This document shows positions 49,195 through 63,139 of a stretch of DNA of 64,000 bases, piece after piece. Origin of the DNA: Heterodontus francisci (Eukaryota). How positions within the stretch are numbered: the stretch's first letter is position 1; every line of letters starts with the position of its first letter. The position numbers and the translations under genes are program-made. The stretch is from the NCBI RefSeq assembly GCF_036365525.1, contig NC_090404.1, forward strand, positions 11,126,550-11,190,549, in the 5' to 3' direction. The notes beneath the pieces are model-generated. The model was not told where the DNA came from, ran no database searches, and was given only the letters and a program-made list of their open reading frames with translations.

Positions 49195-50805
49195 GAAAGG
49201 AGGAGGTGTTGGGTGTCTTGCAAAGCATTAAGGTAGATAAGTCCCCACGGCCTTATGGGATCTACCCTAGAATACTGAGGGAGGCAAGGGAAGAAATTGC
49301 TGGGGCCTTGACAGAAATCTTTGCATCCTCATTGGCTACAGGTGAGGTCCCAGAGGACTGGAGAATAGCCAATGTTCTTCCTTTGTTTAAGAAGGGTGGC
49401 AAGGATAATCCAGGAAATTATAGGCCGGTGAGCTTTACGTCAGTGGTAGGGAAACTATTAGAGAGGATTCTTAGGGACAGGATTTACTCCCATTTGGAAT
49501 CAAACGAACTTATTAGCGAGAGACAGCATGGTTTTATGAAGGGGAGGTCGTGTCTTACTAATTTGATTGAGTTTTTTGTTGAAGTGACGAAGATGATTGA
49601 TGAGGGAAGGGCGGTGGATGTTGTCTATATGGACTTTAGTAAAGCCTTTGACAAGGTCCCGCATGGCAGACTAGTGCAAAAGGTGAAGTCACACGGGATC
49701 AGAGGTGAGCTGGCAAGATGGATACAGAACTGGCTCGGTCACAGAAGACAGAGGGTAACAGGTGTTTTTCTGAATGGAGGGATGTGACTTGTGGTGTTCC
49801 GCAGGGATCAGTGCTGGGACCTTTGCTCTTTGTAATATATATAAATGATTTGGAGGAAAAAGTAGCTGGTCTGATTAGTAAGTTTGCGGACGACACAAAG
49901 GTTGGTGGATTTGCGGATAATGATGAGGATTGTCAGAGGATACAGCAGAATCTAGATCGGTTGGAGACTTGGGTGGAGAAATGGCAGATGGCGTTTAATC
50001 CGGACAAATATGAGGCAATGCATTTTGGAAGGTCTAATGCTGGTGGGAAGTATACGGTAAATGGCAGAACCCTTAGGAGGATTGACAGGCAGAGAGATCT
50101 GGGCGTACAGGTCCACAGGTCACTGAAAGTGGCAACGCAGGTGGATAAGGTAGTCAAGAAGGCATACGGCATGCTTGCCTTCATCGGTCGGGGCATAGAG
50201 TATTAAAATTGGCAAGTCATGTTGCAGCTGTACAGAACCTTAGTGGGCCACACTTAAAATATTGCGTGGAATGCTGGTCGCCACACTACCAGAAGGACGT
50301 GGAGGCTTTGGAGAGGGTACAGAGGAGTTTACCAGGATGTTGCCTGGTCTGGAGGGCATTAGCTATGAGGAGAGGTTGGATAAACTCGGATTGTTTTCAC
50401 TGGAACGACGGAGGTGGAGGGGCGACATGATAGAGGTTTACAAAGTTATGAGCGGCATGGACAGAGTGGATAGTCAGAAGCTTTTTCCCAGGGTGGAAGA
50501 GTCAGTTACTAGGGGACATAGGTTTAAGATGCTAGGGGCAAAGTTTAGAGGGGATGTGCGAGGCAAGTTTTTTACACAGAGGGTGGTGAGTGCCTGGAAC
50601 CTGCTGCCAGGGGAGGTGGTGGAAGCAGATACGATAGCGACGTTTAAGAGACATCTTGACAAATATATGAATAGGAAGGGAATAGAGGGATATGGGCCCC
50701 GGAAGTGCAGAAGGTGTTAGTTTCGGCAGGCATCAAGATCGGCGCAGGCTTAGAGGGCCGAATGGCCTGTCCCTGTGCTGTACTGTTCTTTGTTCTTTGT
50801 TCTCT
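49195..50805 (+). mobile_element. Relatively young 5'-truncated CR1 (HER1-like) LINE
   Basis: Long RT ORF pieces (NYRPVS, QHGF, YMDFSKAFD, GVPQGSVLGP, FADD) with a few frameshifts; (TTCTTTG)n tail. Confidence 0.92.
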
Positions 50806-51904
50806 AACTGAGCTTCCTACAAACAGGAACTGTCAGATCAGCTCAGCGAAGAATCATAGAATTTCTCACATCCTGTCCACCCACATCTGAAGACTTCTCA
50901 GTATATCCACCACAGGCATCATATCACAATGTTCCTTTTGCAGTTCAGCCCCTCGGCAGTGAGTTCTTTGCTGTTGCTCCAAAGATCGAAGATAGTTTGA
51001 AAAAATAAAGTTTACTAGTTGAAATCAACTTACCTCAATGGGTTGGGAAGTTATATCCGGCAATAACAATCTCAAAAAAGTATCCCCATCTGGAAGGATT
51101 GGTTTCTGATGCTAACCAGTGAGCAGGACTAGTGAGTGGAAGGTGTGAAAGATGGGAAACGAATATTAAAATCGGAATAACAGACACGCCCTGAGATCTG
51201 ATTTTTGAAGTCATTGATAGATGTTAAAGGAGCGAAAGACAAACCGAAACCGCCTGGATATTTTTTTCAGCTCCACTCCTTTTTCTATTCTCTGTGAAAG
51301 TTATAAGGACAGTTTTTCATGTTCTGCTGGTTGTTGGGTTCTTGTTCATGAGAATCCGCCCTACACCTCATCGTGGAGGTTTTGAACCCGTTCCCCGCGC
51401 TCTGCTCTCGCCATTTTCAGCCGATAAGCGACAAATTGCTAAAAGACGCCGATTCGCCGCTCCCTCAATACTCTTTCATCGCAAATCGATAATCTGTAGA
51501 TCATGGATATTTAGCTTAATCATTTTGGACACTGATGTTTCAACTTACCAGTGTCCTGATGGTGACGCTACTGGAATTGGAAGGGAGGAATTGACTCCAG
51601 AATGAATCAAATTCATTAACAATCCCATGTTTCCGGTTTCAATAACCAGACAAGGTTTTCAGTCCCCGCCCCACGTCTCTAACAGCGGAACCATTCCCCA
51701 TATAAGGACAGTGACTGTAGCCCAGCTCGGGGTGTTTCCATTCACTGACAGCCAGATCACCACCTACCGGTCTCACAGCAACACTGGGGACACAAGGAAG
51801 TGAGGTGAGAGAATCCTGAGACACAACAGCAGATTATTGAGGGTGGGGATTAGAACGGGAGTCTTCAAATATCCAACTCCCCTTTTACAGAGCGGACAGC
51901 GACA

Positions 51905-52411
51905 ATGCGGCTACTCATCATCTGGGTTGTGTGGGGAGCATTTCTGACAGGTAATTGTGGACAAAACACATTTAATCTTTTCTCTCATTTCACAAACATG
52001 TTTTAAATCTGAATTTTCAACAGTCCTCGGTTTGATCGTTTCCTATTTGATTATGTTTTTCAGATTTTAGTCATGGAGATTCTGTCACTCAGTCGCATTC
52101 CACCGATGTTAAGACAGAAGGAGAAGCGGTGACTTTAAACTGTACCTATGATACTACAGAGAGCAGCTATGATTTATTCTGGTACCGGCAACACCCAGAT
52201 ACACAGCCCGAGTTTATACTGAGCAAATACTCAGGCGGTACTGAAGATAAAGCAGATTTTGCTGAAACCCGTTTCTCTGTAAAGCTCCAAACCGCGACTA
52301 AATTCAGCAGTTTAACCATCTCGGAGCTGCAGCTGACTGACTCTGCCGTGTATTACTGCGCTCTCTGGGGCTCACAGTGATGGAAAGCAGTCTCACCCCT
52401 GTACAAAAACT
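51905..52411 (+). CDS. TCR alpha/delta V gene, intact; leader 51905-51950, V exon 52064-52372, 23-RSS 52373-52411
   Basis: Leader MRLLIIWVVWGAFLT with GTAATT donor. V reads DSVTQSHSTDVKTEGEAVTLNCTYDTTESSYDLFWYRQHPDTQPEFIL...LTDSAVYYCALWG. RSS CACAGTG-23-ACAAAAACT. Confidence 0.95.
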
Positions 52412-53289
52412 GCCTTTGGACTGTGGGTGGGATCTCCTGTCTGTTGGGATTGTGTAGAATCGCGGGCAGATGCAGCCACAATGTGCAGCGCGCTGTCAGG
52501 CGCTCAAACACACACCGGGAGGAAACCAAATTAACCTCGGATCAAACTGTCACCCAACGGTTTCCAGGAGCTGCCGAGAAAGCAAACTGCAGAATCCAGT
52601 CAGACAGACAGATCCAGCACAGAAAACATATGTGAAGACACCAGTTCTCCCAGGGGAATGGTTGCACTTTTACAGACAGAGGTGGGAATGAAACCCTGAT
52701 CTGGTAATTATCAGTGGTAAGCCCAAGATTGTTAATAGTGACAGCATTAAGGAGACATCCTGAAGCATAATGGACATCAGAGGAACTCTGTGTTTGGCGC
52801 TTGTTTTAAAGATCACAGTCATTACCTTGTGAAATTTTTTCATTGTGTATAAACTTCCACTGCATCAGAAACGCACTCAAATCAAATAAACCCTGTGAAC
52901 AGGCTGCGGTCAAAGGCTCCGGGAAACTGACAGAGGACTTGGGGAAATATTGCAGGCAGGCACGGAAAGGACAGAAGAAGTCAAAAAGTAAATTACAGTG
53001 ACACAACTGGATTTATGACGTTCAATTTTAGTGCAAATGCGAGTTTCAGGGCTTTGGAGAAAGCCCAGGAGAATGAAACTGATTTGATAGCTCTTTTAAA
53101 GAGCCGCCACGATGGGCCGAATGGACTCCATCTGTGCTGACAGATTCCGTGATTTATTGAATTTCAACTGCATGATTCAAAACGATAGTAATTGTAACCC
53201 TGAAGTCGATATTTGTGATATTCGTATGTGGAGTTTAACAGTAACGGTATTAACTAATGTCATGGTTAAATAGTAAATATAAAATATAA

Positions 53290-54195
53290 AGTTGTGAAGA
53301 AGACATAAGGAACTGCAAAGGGATATGGACAGGTTAAGTGAGTGGTGAAAAATTTGGCAGATGGAGTATGATGTGGGAAAATGTGAACGGATCCACTTTT
53401 GCAGGTAGAAATAAATATTATTTAAATGGAGAGAGATTGCAGAACTGTGAGGTAGAGAGGGATCTTGGTGTCCTGGTACATGAATCACCAAAGGTTGGTT
53501 TGCAGATACAGCAAGTGATTAGGAAGGCAAATGGAATGTTGCCGATTATTGCAAAGCAAATGGAATATCAAAGTACGGATGTTTTGCTGCAGTTGCATAG
53601 GGTATTGATGAGATCACATCTGGAGTACTATGTACAGTTTTGGTCTTCTTCTTTAAGAAACGATATATATGAGTTAGAGGCAATTCAGAGAAGGTTTACT
53701 CGATTGATACCTGGAATTTGGGATTGTGGGAGGGTGTTATCTTATGAAGAAAGGTTGGACAGGTTGTGTCTGTATCCATTGGAGTTTAGAAGAATGAGAG
53801 GTGATCTTATTGAAACATATAAAATCCTGAGTGGACTTGACAAGGTGCACACTGAAAGGATGCTTTCTCTTGTGGGGGAGTCTTGAACATGGGGACACAG
53901 TTTAAAAATAAAGCGTCGCCCATTTAAGACAAAGATGAGGAGACTTTCTTTCTCTCAGAGGTTTGTGAGCCTTTGGAACTCTCTTCCCCAGAGAGTGGTG
54001 GAGGCAGGGTCATTGAACATTTTTAAGGCAGAGGTAGATAGGTTCTTGACTAACAAGGAAGTCAAAGGGTATCGGGGGTAGGCGGGAAAGAGGAGTCGAG
54101 GTCATAATCAGATCAACCATGAATTTATTAAATGGCGGAGCAGGCTAGACTGGGCGAATGCCAACACCTGCTCCTCATTGAAATGTTTGTGTGTT
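53290..54195 (+). mobile_element. CR1 LINE 3' fragment
   Basis: ERDLGVLV, HLEYYVQFW and RRMRGDLIETYK motifs. Confidence 0.88.
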
Positions 54196-54339
54196 GTACC
54201 CAGTCTCAGCTTTATCTATCTGCTTCCGTTGGTATATCATTGTATCACTGTACTTGGTGTGGCCTTTATCTCTCTCCCTCTGTTGGTGTTTCTCTTTATC
54301 ATCATGCTCAGTCTCATCTTCATCTCTTCCCTCTGTTGT

Positions 54340-55050
54340 TTCTTTTATTCAACTCGCAGGATGTGAACGTCGCTGGCTAGGCCAGCATTTATTGCCCATC
54401 CCTAATTGTTCCGGAGAAGGTGGTGGTGAGCCACCTTCTTCAACCACTGCGGCCCATCTGGTGTAGGTATACCCACAGTGCTGTTAGGGAGGGTCTTCCA
54501 GGATTTTGATCCAGCAGCAGTGAAGAATGTGGATATATTTCCAAATCAGGATAGTATGTGGCTAGAGGGGAACTTGGAACTGGTGTTGCCATGCTTCTGT
54601 TGCCCTTGTCCTTCTCGAGGGAAGAGGTCGCGGGTTTGGAAGGTGCTGTCAATTTCTGCCGTGCATCTTATAGATGCTTTTACTGTGCGTCGGTGGTGGA
54701 GGCAGTGAATGTTGAAGTTGGTGAATGGGTGGCCAATCAAGCGGGCTGCTTTTTCCTGGATGGTGTTGAGCTTCCTGAGTGTTGTTGGAGCGGCACCTAT
54801 CCAAACAAGTGGAGAGTATTCCATCACATTCCTGACTCGTACCTTGTGGATAGTGGACCGGCTTTGGAGTATTAGGAGGTGAGTTACTCGCCACAGAATT
54901 CCCAGCCTTTGTCCTCCTATTATAGCCACACTGGTTATATATCTGGTGCAGTTCAATTTCTGGTCAATGGTAAGCACCAGAATGTTGATTGTGGGACATT
55001 CAGAGAAGGTAATGCCGTTTAATAACAAGGAGAGATGGTTAGATTCTCTC
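54340..55050 (-). mobile_element. L2/CR1-group LINE 3' fragment
   Basis: Homologous to 7620-8348. Confidence 0.8.
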
Positions 55051-56229
55051 TTGGTAGTGTCTACCTGCATCATCTTACTCAGTCTCACCTGTATCTACGT
55101 ACTTCATTTGTGTACAGACAGGCACAGGGCCAGTCTATTGGTGGATGGGCGGAGACACACTCACCTGCACAGCCAAATTGATCAAATCTTTAACCATTGA
55201 ATGCAGACAGGCACTTAGCTGATAGCCGTGGGTCGCCTCACTCACTTCCATAGCAGAAATCTCAGTTCTCAAACCTTGGAGACCTGGCAGACACTGAGAT
55301 GATCCATTGCGAAGATCACATGTGAAGGTACATTGCTCAGATCTATAAGGATTGAATATAGAGAGGCACTGAGCTGATCCACTTTGGTGAGCCTCACTCA
55401 GCTGCACCGGTACATTGCTCAGTTTTTAAACATTGAGTCCATACAGGGATAGGACTGATCAACCCTGGGGGCCTCACTCACTTCCATTGGTACATTGCTC
55501 AGAGATTTCGTTCGTTGTGCTCTTCCACAATTTTAACCAGCAGTTTCTTTTTCTGTGCTTTGATTGGATTTCTTTTTAGCTCTGTTTATCCCCAGCCGTT
55601 TCGTTTTTCCTTTTGCTGCTTTCTACCCATCTTCCCCATTCCCTTCACACCCCCAGACTCCCCCATTGCCATGAACAGTTGGGGCAAATCATTAGAACGC
55701 GAGAAGAAAAGCAAAACAGACAGGTAACAGAGAAAACAAACAGCAGCTTAAAATAAAACAATTATACATCATGAAAAGAAGATCTGACCAATGTCCCTGT
55801 GCAGGTGAGTTCGGGCTCCCTCAGCGGATCAGTTCAGTGCCTCTCTGAACTAAATGGTGAAAATGTGATCCGCAGGGACCAGCCCTTATACACGAATATA
55901 AGTAGCAGAGGCTTCAGACTGTCCCAGGAAGGAACCATTCGGGACACTGGCGCACTGGCACATGCCAGAAGCCACCTCTCACCCGACTGCCACCAAGACG
56001 ACCACCCTGGATACAGACAACGGGCCGTGGACTCTTCCACATCTTGGGGACGTAGTCTGAGGCACAGAAACTTGTTACTTGGTAGGTGATGGGCTCTAGG
56101 CTAAGCTTGGGTTTGAGTGACAGGCTTCTGCTACATCAGGGGAATTCTGACTCACTAACTTGCAGGCAGGTTGATATATGTCTGTGTATCTTTAAACTCT
56201 GTGTCTCACTGCACCGGTTTTGATAATGT

Positions 56230-56710
56230 ACTGCGGAATATAAACAGAGGCATGGTCTAGTGAAGTAATGACAGAGATAAGGCCTAGAATTATATAAAAG
56301 AGAAAAGGTCTAATGTAATATAAACAGAGGCATGACTTAGTCTCGTCATAAGAAAGATAATCCCTTATGTAGTATAAACAGAGGCAAGTCTAATGCAGAA
56401 ATTACTGAAACAGGCCCTAATGTAATATAAACAGATACTGGGTCTAGTGTAAAATAATCAGCGTCATAATCTAGTTCAGTTATAGTTGAAACAGGGTCCA
56501 GTGTAATATAAAGAACGACCGTGTCCACTGTATTGTGAACAGAGACATGGTCTTGCGCGGTAATAAGTGAGATTGGGCCGAGTGCAATAGGAACAGGAAA
56601 TTGGTCTAGTGCTTATTATTGAGACTATGTCCAGGTTAATATAAACAGGGACTGGGGCTAGAGTAATTTAAACAGAATCAGGGTCAAGTGTAATCGAAAC
56701 AGAGATGTAA
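56230..56710 (+). repeat. Degenerate ~27-bp tandem repeat (TAATATAAACAGAGACAGGGTCTAGTG-like)
   Basis: Visible periodicity; a short copy sits at 8355-8460. Confidence 0.75.
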
Positions 56711-58254
56711 TAAGTAACATGTAATGACTGAGATAGACCCAAAGGTGAACTATAACTCGGCAAAGGATATGTTTTGTGGTGAAAATGGATTTCACACTTC
56801 TTACTGGATCATCTTAAACCATATTGTGAGAATATTGACGGAATGGGTCCTAGAATTTGTAGAAGAGAGTGGAGTCTGTATTATTTACCTAAGTACCATC
56901 GAGATTGACAGAGACGGGCTGGAAAATTCACTTCCCTAAGGACAAGTGAACTCTCCAATTTAATCGGAGTCGGAGATGATTTTAAACCCACCGAGTTTCT
57001 AATATACACGTCCCAGACCTGCCAGGGACGACGTTGTCTCCAGGAACCTTGGTGAAGCAGTTAATGAGCGACTCTGTGTGTGGCCAGTATAATACTGGCA
57101 GAGATCAGCCTTTCCAGACAGATGATGCGGGATGATTGCTGTGTGTTTGCTGCCATCTGGTGGCATAAATCAGCATTTCCCCCAGCGTTTTTCCTTCAAC
57201 CCGGAGAACTATTTACCAGTTTCTTTTGTAAGACATTCTGAAGGACACTACACCAAAACGATGTGATAATTGAATAGTTGTAGTTAGTACAAGACAAAGG
57301 TAACAAGTCATATTGCCAAGCATCTTACCAGATAAGACAATAGATACAGCAGAAGTGACATTACCCGTTCCCTTTGGGAGCAGTGTTGATCTCTTGCTCT
57401 GCGCTGACTCGAACTCGCATCTTTCATGTTTTTGAGCTTTTATGTGCTGTCTATTTTATATTTTAGTTCCATCTCACGAACATGTAAGCATTACAATGTC
57501 TTCAGGTTATTTTTTTTTAAATTAATAATGAACAGGTTAAAACATCAAATCATCTTGTATATTATCCCATCCTCTTTAGTGAGCCTGCGTGCCGTTTTCT
57601 CGTCTTTGCATACTGTCTTTTTCACGGTTTGGATCTCACTATCGCAACCAGTTGATACTGATTTTAATGGGCTTTTTGTATTCAGTCGGTCTTCTGACCA
57701 TCTGACCCAGTGTCTAAGACACACTACACTTGTCCTTACAGATTACCAGTCCATTAATCATTATCCGTCATCTTCTAATCCTGTCCTGAAAATAACCTCT
57801 TAGAATCCGTTTGTATTGTGGATTCTTAGTTTAATATGTGCAAGGATCTTTAAATTTAGGAAATGTTTAATCAAGTTATAATTACTAGCATCTTCCCCAC
57901 CAGGCTAACTTCTGCCTAAACTGTAGACTGATATTTTAAACCAAACATTATTTGTTCATTTACAGTGAGTTAAATCGGAGGCCGCGGGTGCACGGATATA
58001 ACTAACTAGTTTGTATTGTCAATGTGAATGGTGAATTCCCAGAGATACACAAATAAACAGCAGACAATTCTGCCCTCACACAGTTAATGTGATAATCAGA
58101 CTGAGTCAGTATTCGATGTGAATGATTTTACATGGTGTTTATGTGGATTGTGCTCGGGTTCTGCCCGCACAGGAATGTATTCACGTGTCAGTGTGTGATC
58201 CGCTGTTACAAACAGTCCTCAGCAGACAGCAGCTGTGACCCAGAAACCTGCGGC

Positions 58255-59348
58255 AGTTATTGTTCGAGGCTTTCGGTCGTTCCCATCACTGAGAGACTCA
58301 GTGCACAGTAATAGACCGCGGTGTCAGACAGCCGCAGCTCCGAGATGGTCAATCGATACAACTTGTCTGAATGCTGGACTGTATCAGAAAACCGGTTCTG
58401 AGCGAAATCGGCCTGAAAGGCATCACCGCGGCTCCTGTCTGCCTGGGTGTTGGTGGTACCAGAATAAATAATAACCATCGTCGGTGTAGGTGCAGGTTAA
58501 AGTGACATATTCTCCCTCTGTCTGAGTGAGCGAGGACTCCCGCTGAGTAACAGAATCTCCTTCGCTCAGATCTGGAACACACGGTTAAAGAAAGCGGAAA
58601 TCTGTGATTCAACGTTCAACCGAACCGAACTGACGGTGAAAATTCACAGTTTTTGTTTTAGAAAATGAAATAGAATTTACAAAACAGAAAAGGTCATTCG
58701 GCCCAACTGGTCCATGCCAGAGTTCACACTCCCCACGAGCATCCTCCACCCCTCTTCATTCCATTCTATCAGCATATCCTTCCATTTTTTTCTCCCTCAT
58801 CTGTTCATCCAGCTTCCCCTTAAATGTATCTATGCTATTCACCTCAACCCCTCCTGGTAGTAGCGAGTTCCACATTGTCTCCATTCTCTGGGTAAAGAAG
58901 TTTCTCTTGAATTCCGCACTGGATTTTTTGGTGACTCTTAGATTTCTGGCCCATAGACTTGGAATTCTCCACAAGTGGAAACATTTTCTCCATCCTCCAA
59001 CTCCTTCACATTTCAAAGACAAGTTTCAAGTTACTCTTCGTTTTCTCTTTATTAGAGAAAAGAGCCACAGCCTGTACAATGGCTTCTGCTAAATTATCTC
59101 TCAATTCTGGTATCACTATTGCAGATCGTTCTTGTACTTTCTCCTGTGTCACTATATTCTTGTTGGAATATGGAGACCAGAACTGCTCACAAACACCCAA
59201 TTGTAATCTAACCAAGCTCGATACAAGTTTAACATGAACTCATTGGTCTGCAAATTGATTTCTCTGGAATTTACTCCCTTTCAAAAATGTTAAATTTCTT
59301 ACTGACAATGAATGTCACCCAGATCACAGCCAGAATGGGGAGCTGCAT
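58255..59348 (-). pseudogene. TCR V pseudogene, paralog of the 15.4-kb V (leader 59348-59303, V exon 58571-58294)
   Basis: A 26-nt deletion after PGRQ causes a frameshift and stop; the heptamer is mutated to CTCAGTG; nonamer ACAATAACT at 23 nt. Confidence 0.9.
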
Positions 59349-59689
59349 TGCTGCTGCTCTGGAATTCGAAGGACTTTTTATTGTCTCAGGAACCTGCAGA
59401 ACAGGAAATACCTGATACCGGTATGATGTCACTTCCTGCAGGACGTCAAATAGGAAAGGCTGAGCGGATTGTCTCGGACTGGTCAGATGCCACTTCCTTC
59501 ACCACCAGTCTGTGTTTTTGTTTTCGAGAACTAAGACCATTAACATCGCAATCGGCTCATCAGATAGAAAGAACAATACAAATAGAAAGCTTTATCTCCT
59601 GGTGATCTGAGAGATAGTTTTATCTCTAATTGACCTGAGTGACAGTTAGATCTCTAACTGACCTGAGACACAATGTTATAGTATTGGTA

Positions 59690-60865
59690 AGGTGGTCTAA
59701 ATGGATTTTAGCAAGGCTTTTAACAAGGTCCCACACGGCAGACGAGATAAAAAAAATCACATGGGATCCAGGGAAATGCAGCAAGGTGGATACAAAATTG
59801 GCTCAGTGGTAGGAAAGAAAGGGCAATTGTTTACGGGTGATTTAGTGACTGGAGGGCTGTTTCCAGTGGCGTTCTGCAGTGTTCAATACTGGGTCTTCTG
59901 CTTTTTGTGGTATATGTTAACGATTTGGACGTAAATGTAGGGGGCATTATCAAGACGTTTGCAGACGACGCAAAGATTGTCTGTGTGGTAGATAGCGAGA
60001 AGGATAGCAGCAGGCTGCAGGAAGATATTGATGGTCTGGTCAGATGGGCAGAAAAGTAGCAAATGGAATTCAATCTGGAGAAGTGTGAGGTGATGCATTT
60101 GGGGAGGTCAAACAAGGCAAAGGAATACATGCTTAGTGGGAAACTGAGAAGTGTATAGGAAGTGAGGGACCTTGGAGTGAATGTACACAGATTCCTGAAG
60201 GTAGCATGACAGGTTGATAAGGTGGTTAAGAAGGCATATGGAATCCTTTCCTTCATATGCCGAAGTATAGAATATGAGCAGGAGAGCAGGGAGGTTATGC
60301 TGGAACTGTATAACTCATTGGTTAGGCCACAACTTGAGTGTTGTGTGCATTTCTTGTCACCTCATTACAGAAAGGGTATAATTGCACTAGAGAGGGTACA
60401 GAGGAGATTTATGAGGATGTTGCCAGGCCTGGGAAAATGCAGCTATGAGGAAAGTTTGGATAGGCTGCGGTTGTTTTCCTTGAAACAGAGAAGGCTGAGG
60501 GGAGATCTGATTGAAATGGGGTCTGGATAGAATGGAGGTGAACGGTGTGTTCACCTTAGCAGAGAGGTCAGTGACGAACGGCAATGATTTAAAGTAGAAA
60601 AATTAGAGAGGAGATGAGGAAAGGCTTTATCACCCAGAGGGTGGTGGGGGTCTGGAACTCACTGCCTGAAAGGGTAGTTGAGGCAGAAACCCTCAACTCA
60701 TTCAAAAGGAGTCTGGATATGCAGCTCAAATGCCGTAATCTGCAGGGCTACGGACCGAAAACTGGAATGTGGGATTAGAATGGGTGGATCGTTTTTTGGC
60801 CGGCACATAGAAAATGGGCCAAGTGGCCTCTTTCTGTGCCTTAAACCTTCTATGATTCTATGATA
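59690..60865 (+). mobile_element. CR1 LINE 3' fragment
   Basis: MDFSKAFNKVPH, FADD and RRLRGDLIE motifs; TTCTATGA tail; same subfamily as 13.4-14.7 kb. Confidence 0.88.
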
Positions 60866-61759
60866 TAATTGTCGTTGTTGACTTCTCCACTGCATTCCCT
60901 GCCCATGTGGGATGTGATTTCAATATCTTTCTCTGTCTCTGTCTCTGTCTGTCTCTCTCTGCCATGTTGCACGGAAGTGCAAGTATAGAACATCCAATGT
61001 CTCCCGAGCTATTAGTTCAATGAGTTTCCCACATGAAGTACTCCATTAATAATATCAGTTATAATAGATGAAAGATAATAACCATAGCGCGGATACAAGT
61101 TTAAAATAACAGCAGTTGCAGTAAAATCCCACAGTATGTGGGATCGGCATGAATCATGCATCAAACTTACATCCTTTATGTATGGCAAGGCAATTCATGT
61201 TCTTTGTGACCTCATCTTTAAAACGAGTAATATTACACCGTTAGGAATGGATATTAAAAATAAACAAGTGCAATCACCAGGATTTAAAATGAAGTTGGCA
61301 TTAACGTCAAGTATATGTTTTTCTGCATTAAATTGTTTTGACACATTAGTGATAGCAAGAACATGAATAATTGTGCATAATCATTTAACAACTTCCTTCA
61401 GCAATTTGAGAATTCATTACTTTCCCGGGCAGAACGCCACTAACTTCATATTGCCACCAGAGGGAGGTCCCTCATCGTGTTTGTAGGTCCACTGTGACAG
61501 GTCAATTTCTACATCACAAAGCACTGGGGAATTAGGAAGGACACTCTTCCCATTTTAATTCATTCTTCCAGAAAGCCCCCACACTCCCTACAATTTATTC
61601 CAGTTATCACTAATCCAAATCCTTGGTTTTAGACTCTGTTACTTTACCCAGATTCCAAAAACAGTAGAAAAAACAGTGAATTAGGGGCTCTGTATCTGAA
61701 CGCCCGCTGCACGTGCAATAAAACAGATGAATTGTCAGCTCAAATAGAAATTCATAAGT

Positions 61760-62045
61760 TCCGGGTTCAATTCTGGGTACTGCCTGTGTGGAATTTGCAA
61801 GTTCTCCATGTGTCTGCGTGGGTTTCCTCCCACAAGCCAAAAGACTTGCAGGTTGGTAGGTAAATTGGCCAATATAAATTGCCCCTAGTATAGGTAGGTG
61901 GTAGGGAATTATAGGGACAGGTGGGGATGTGGTAGGAATATGGGATTAGTGTAGGATTAGTATAAATGGGTGGTTGATGGTCGGCACAGACTCGGTGGGC
62001 TGAAGGGCCTGTTTCAGTGCTGTATCTCTAAAGACTAAAAAAAAA
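61760..62045 (+). mobile_element. HE1-like V-SINE, 5'-truncated
   Basis: Same family as 26372. Confidence 0.88.
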
Positions 62046-62319
62046 TCAACAAAAATACATTAACAGGAATTGAATCACTTTGATTTCTTTCTGATGTGTC
62101 TGTTCATCTAGAATTAATCACACTTTAAGTCTTTTGGTACCTCCTACAGAAGGCGATGAGTTGGGATATCAGCACAAGTTGTTTCTTGATACATTATTGT
62201 CACAAACTAACTGATATCGACATTTTCACAGCATGAGCAATGTCAATGTCTGACCAGTGGATGGCAGTGAAAGCCTAATTCTTGACACGAAACAGGCGCT
62301 GCCTCACTGCAATGGAACC

Positions 62320-63135
62320 TCTCTCTGTTTATATGACACTTAGACCCTGTCTCTGTTTTATGTTACATTGAACGCTGTCCCTAATTATATTACACTTGAT
62401 CCCGTCTCTGTTTATATTAAAACTAGACTCTATCTCTCGTTATATTGCACTAGACCTTGTCTCTGTGCACCTGCACTCCAAGGACTGCAGCGGTTCAAGG
62501 CAGTTCACCACCACCTTCTCAAGGGCAAATACGGATGGGCAATAAATGCTGGACTAGCCAGCGAAGCACACACCCTATGAAAGAATTTTTAAAAAGAACT
62601 AGATCCTGTCTCCGTTTATATTATACTCGACCCTGTCACTGTTTATGTTAATCTAGAACCCCTCTCTGTTTATATTACACTGGACCATGTCGCTGTTTAT
62701 ATTATACTATGTCCTGTCTCTGTTTATATTACACTAGACTTCATTCTCTTTATATTACACTGGACCCTGTCTCTGATTATACTAAATTAGACGCCATCTC
62801 TGTTTATATTGCACGAGAGTCTGTCTCTGTTTATATGCAACTAGACCCCGTCTCTGTTTATATTACACTGGACCATGACTCTGTTTATGTTGCATTGGAA
62901 AATATCTCTTTTTATATTACACTGGACCCTATCTCTGTTTATATATAAGTGGAACCTGTCTCTGTTTATATTACAATAGACCCTGTCCCTGTTTATATTG
63001 CCTTTGTTTATTTTTGTCTAGATCATGTCTGTTTGTATTACACTCGACACTGTCACTGTTTGTATTTCACTGGATCGTGTGTCAGTTTATATTAAACTAG
63101 ACCCCATCAGTGTATATATTATACTAGACCCCATC
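62320..63135 (-). repeat. Same ~27-bp tandem repeat family, inverted, interrupted by a LINE/SINE tail at about 62465-62590
   Basis: CACTAGACCCTGTCTCTGTTTATATTA-like units. Confidence 0.8.
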
Positions 63136-63139
63136 TCAT

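Larger units (their letters stand above)
56230..59670 (+). repeat. Older segmental duplicate of 8355-9885 plus 14900-16760
   Basis: Collinear similarity across the 27-bp repeat, CTCF-like motif, V exon, intronic CR1, leader, promoter and first minisatellite units. Confidence 0.88.
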
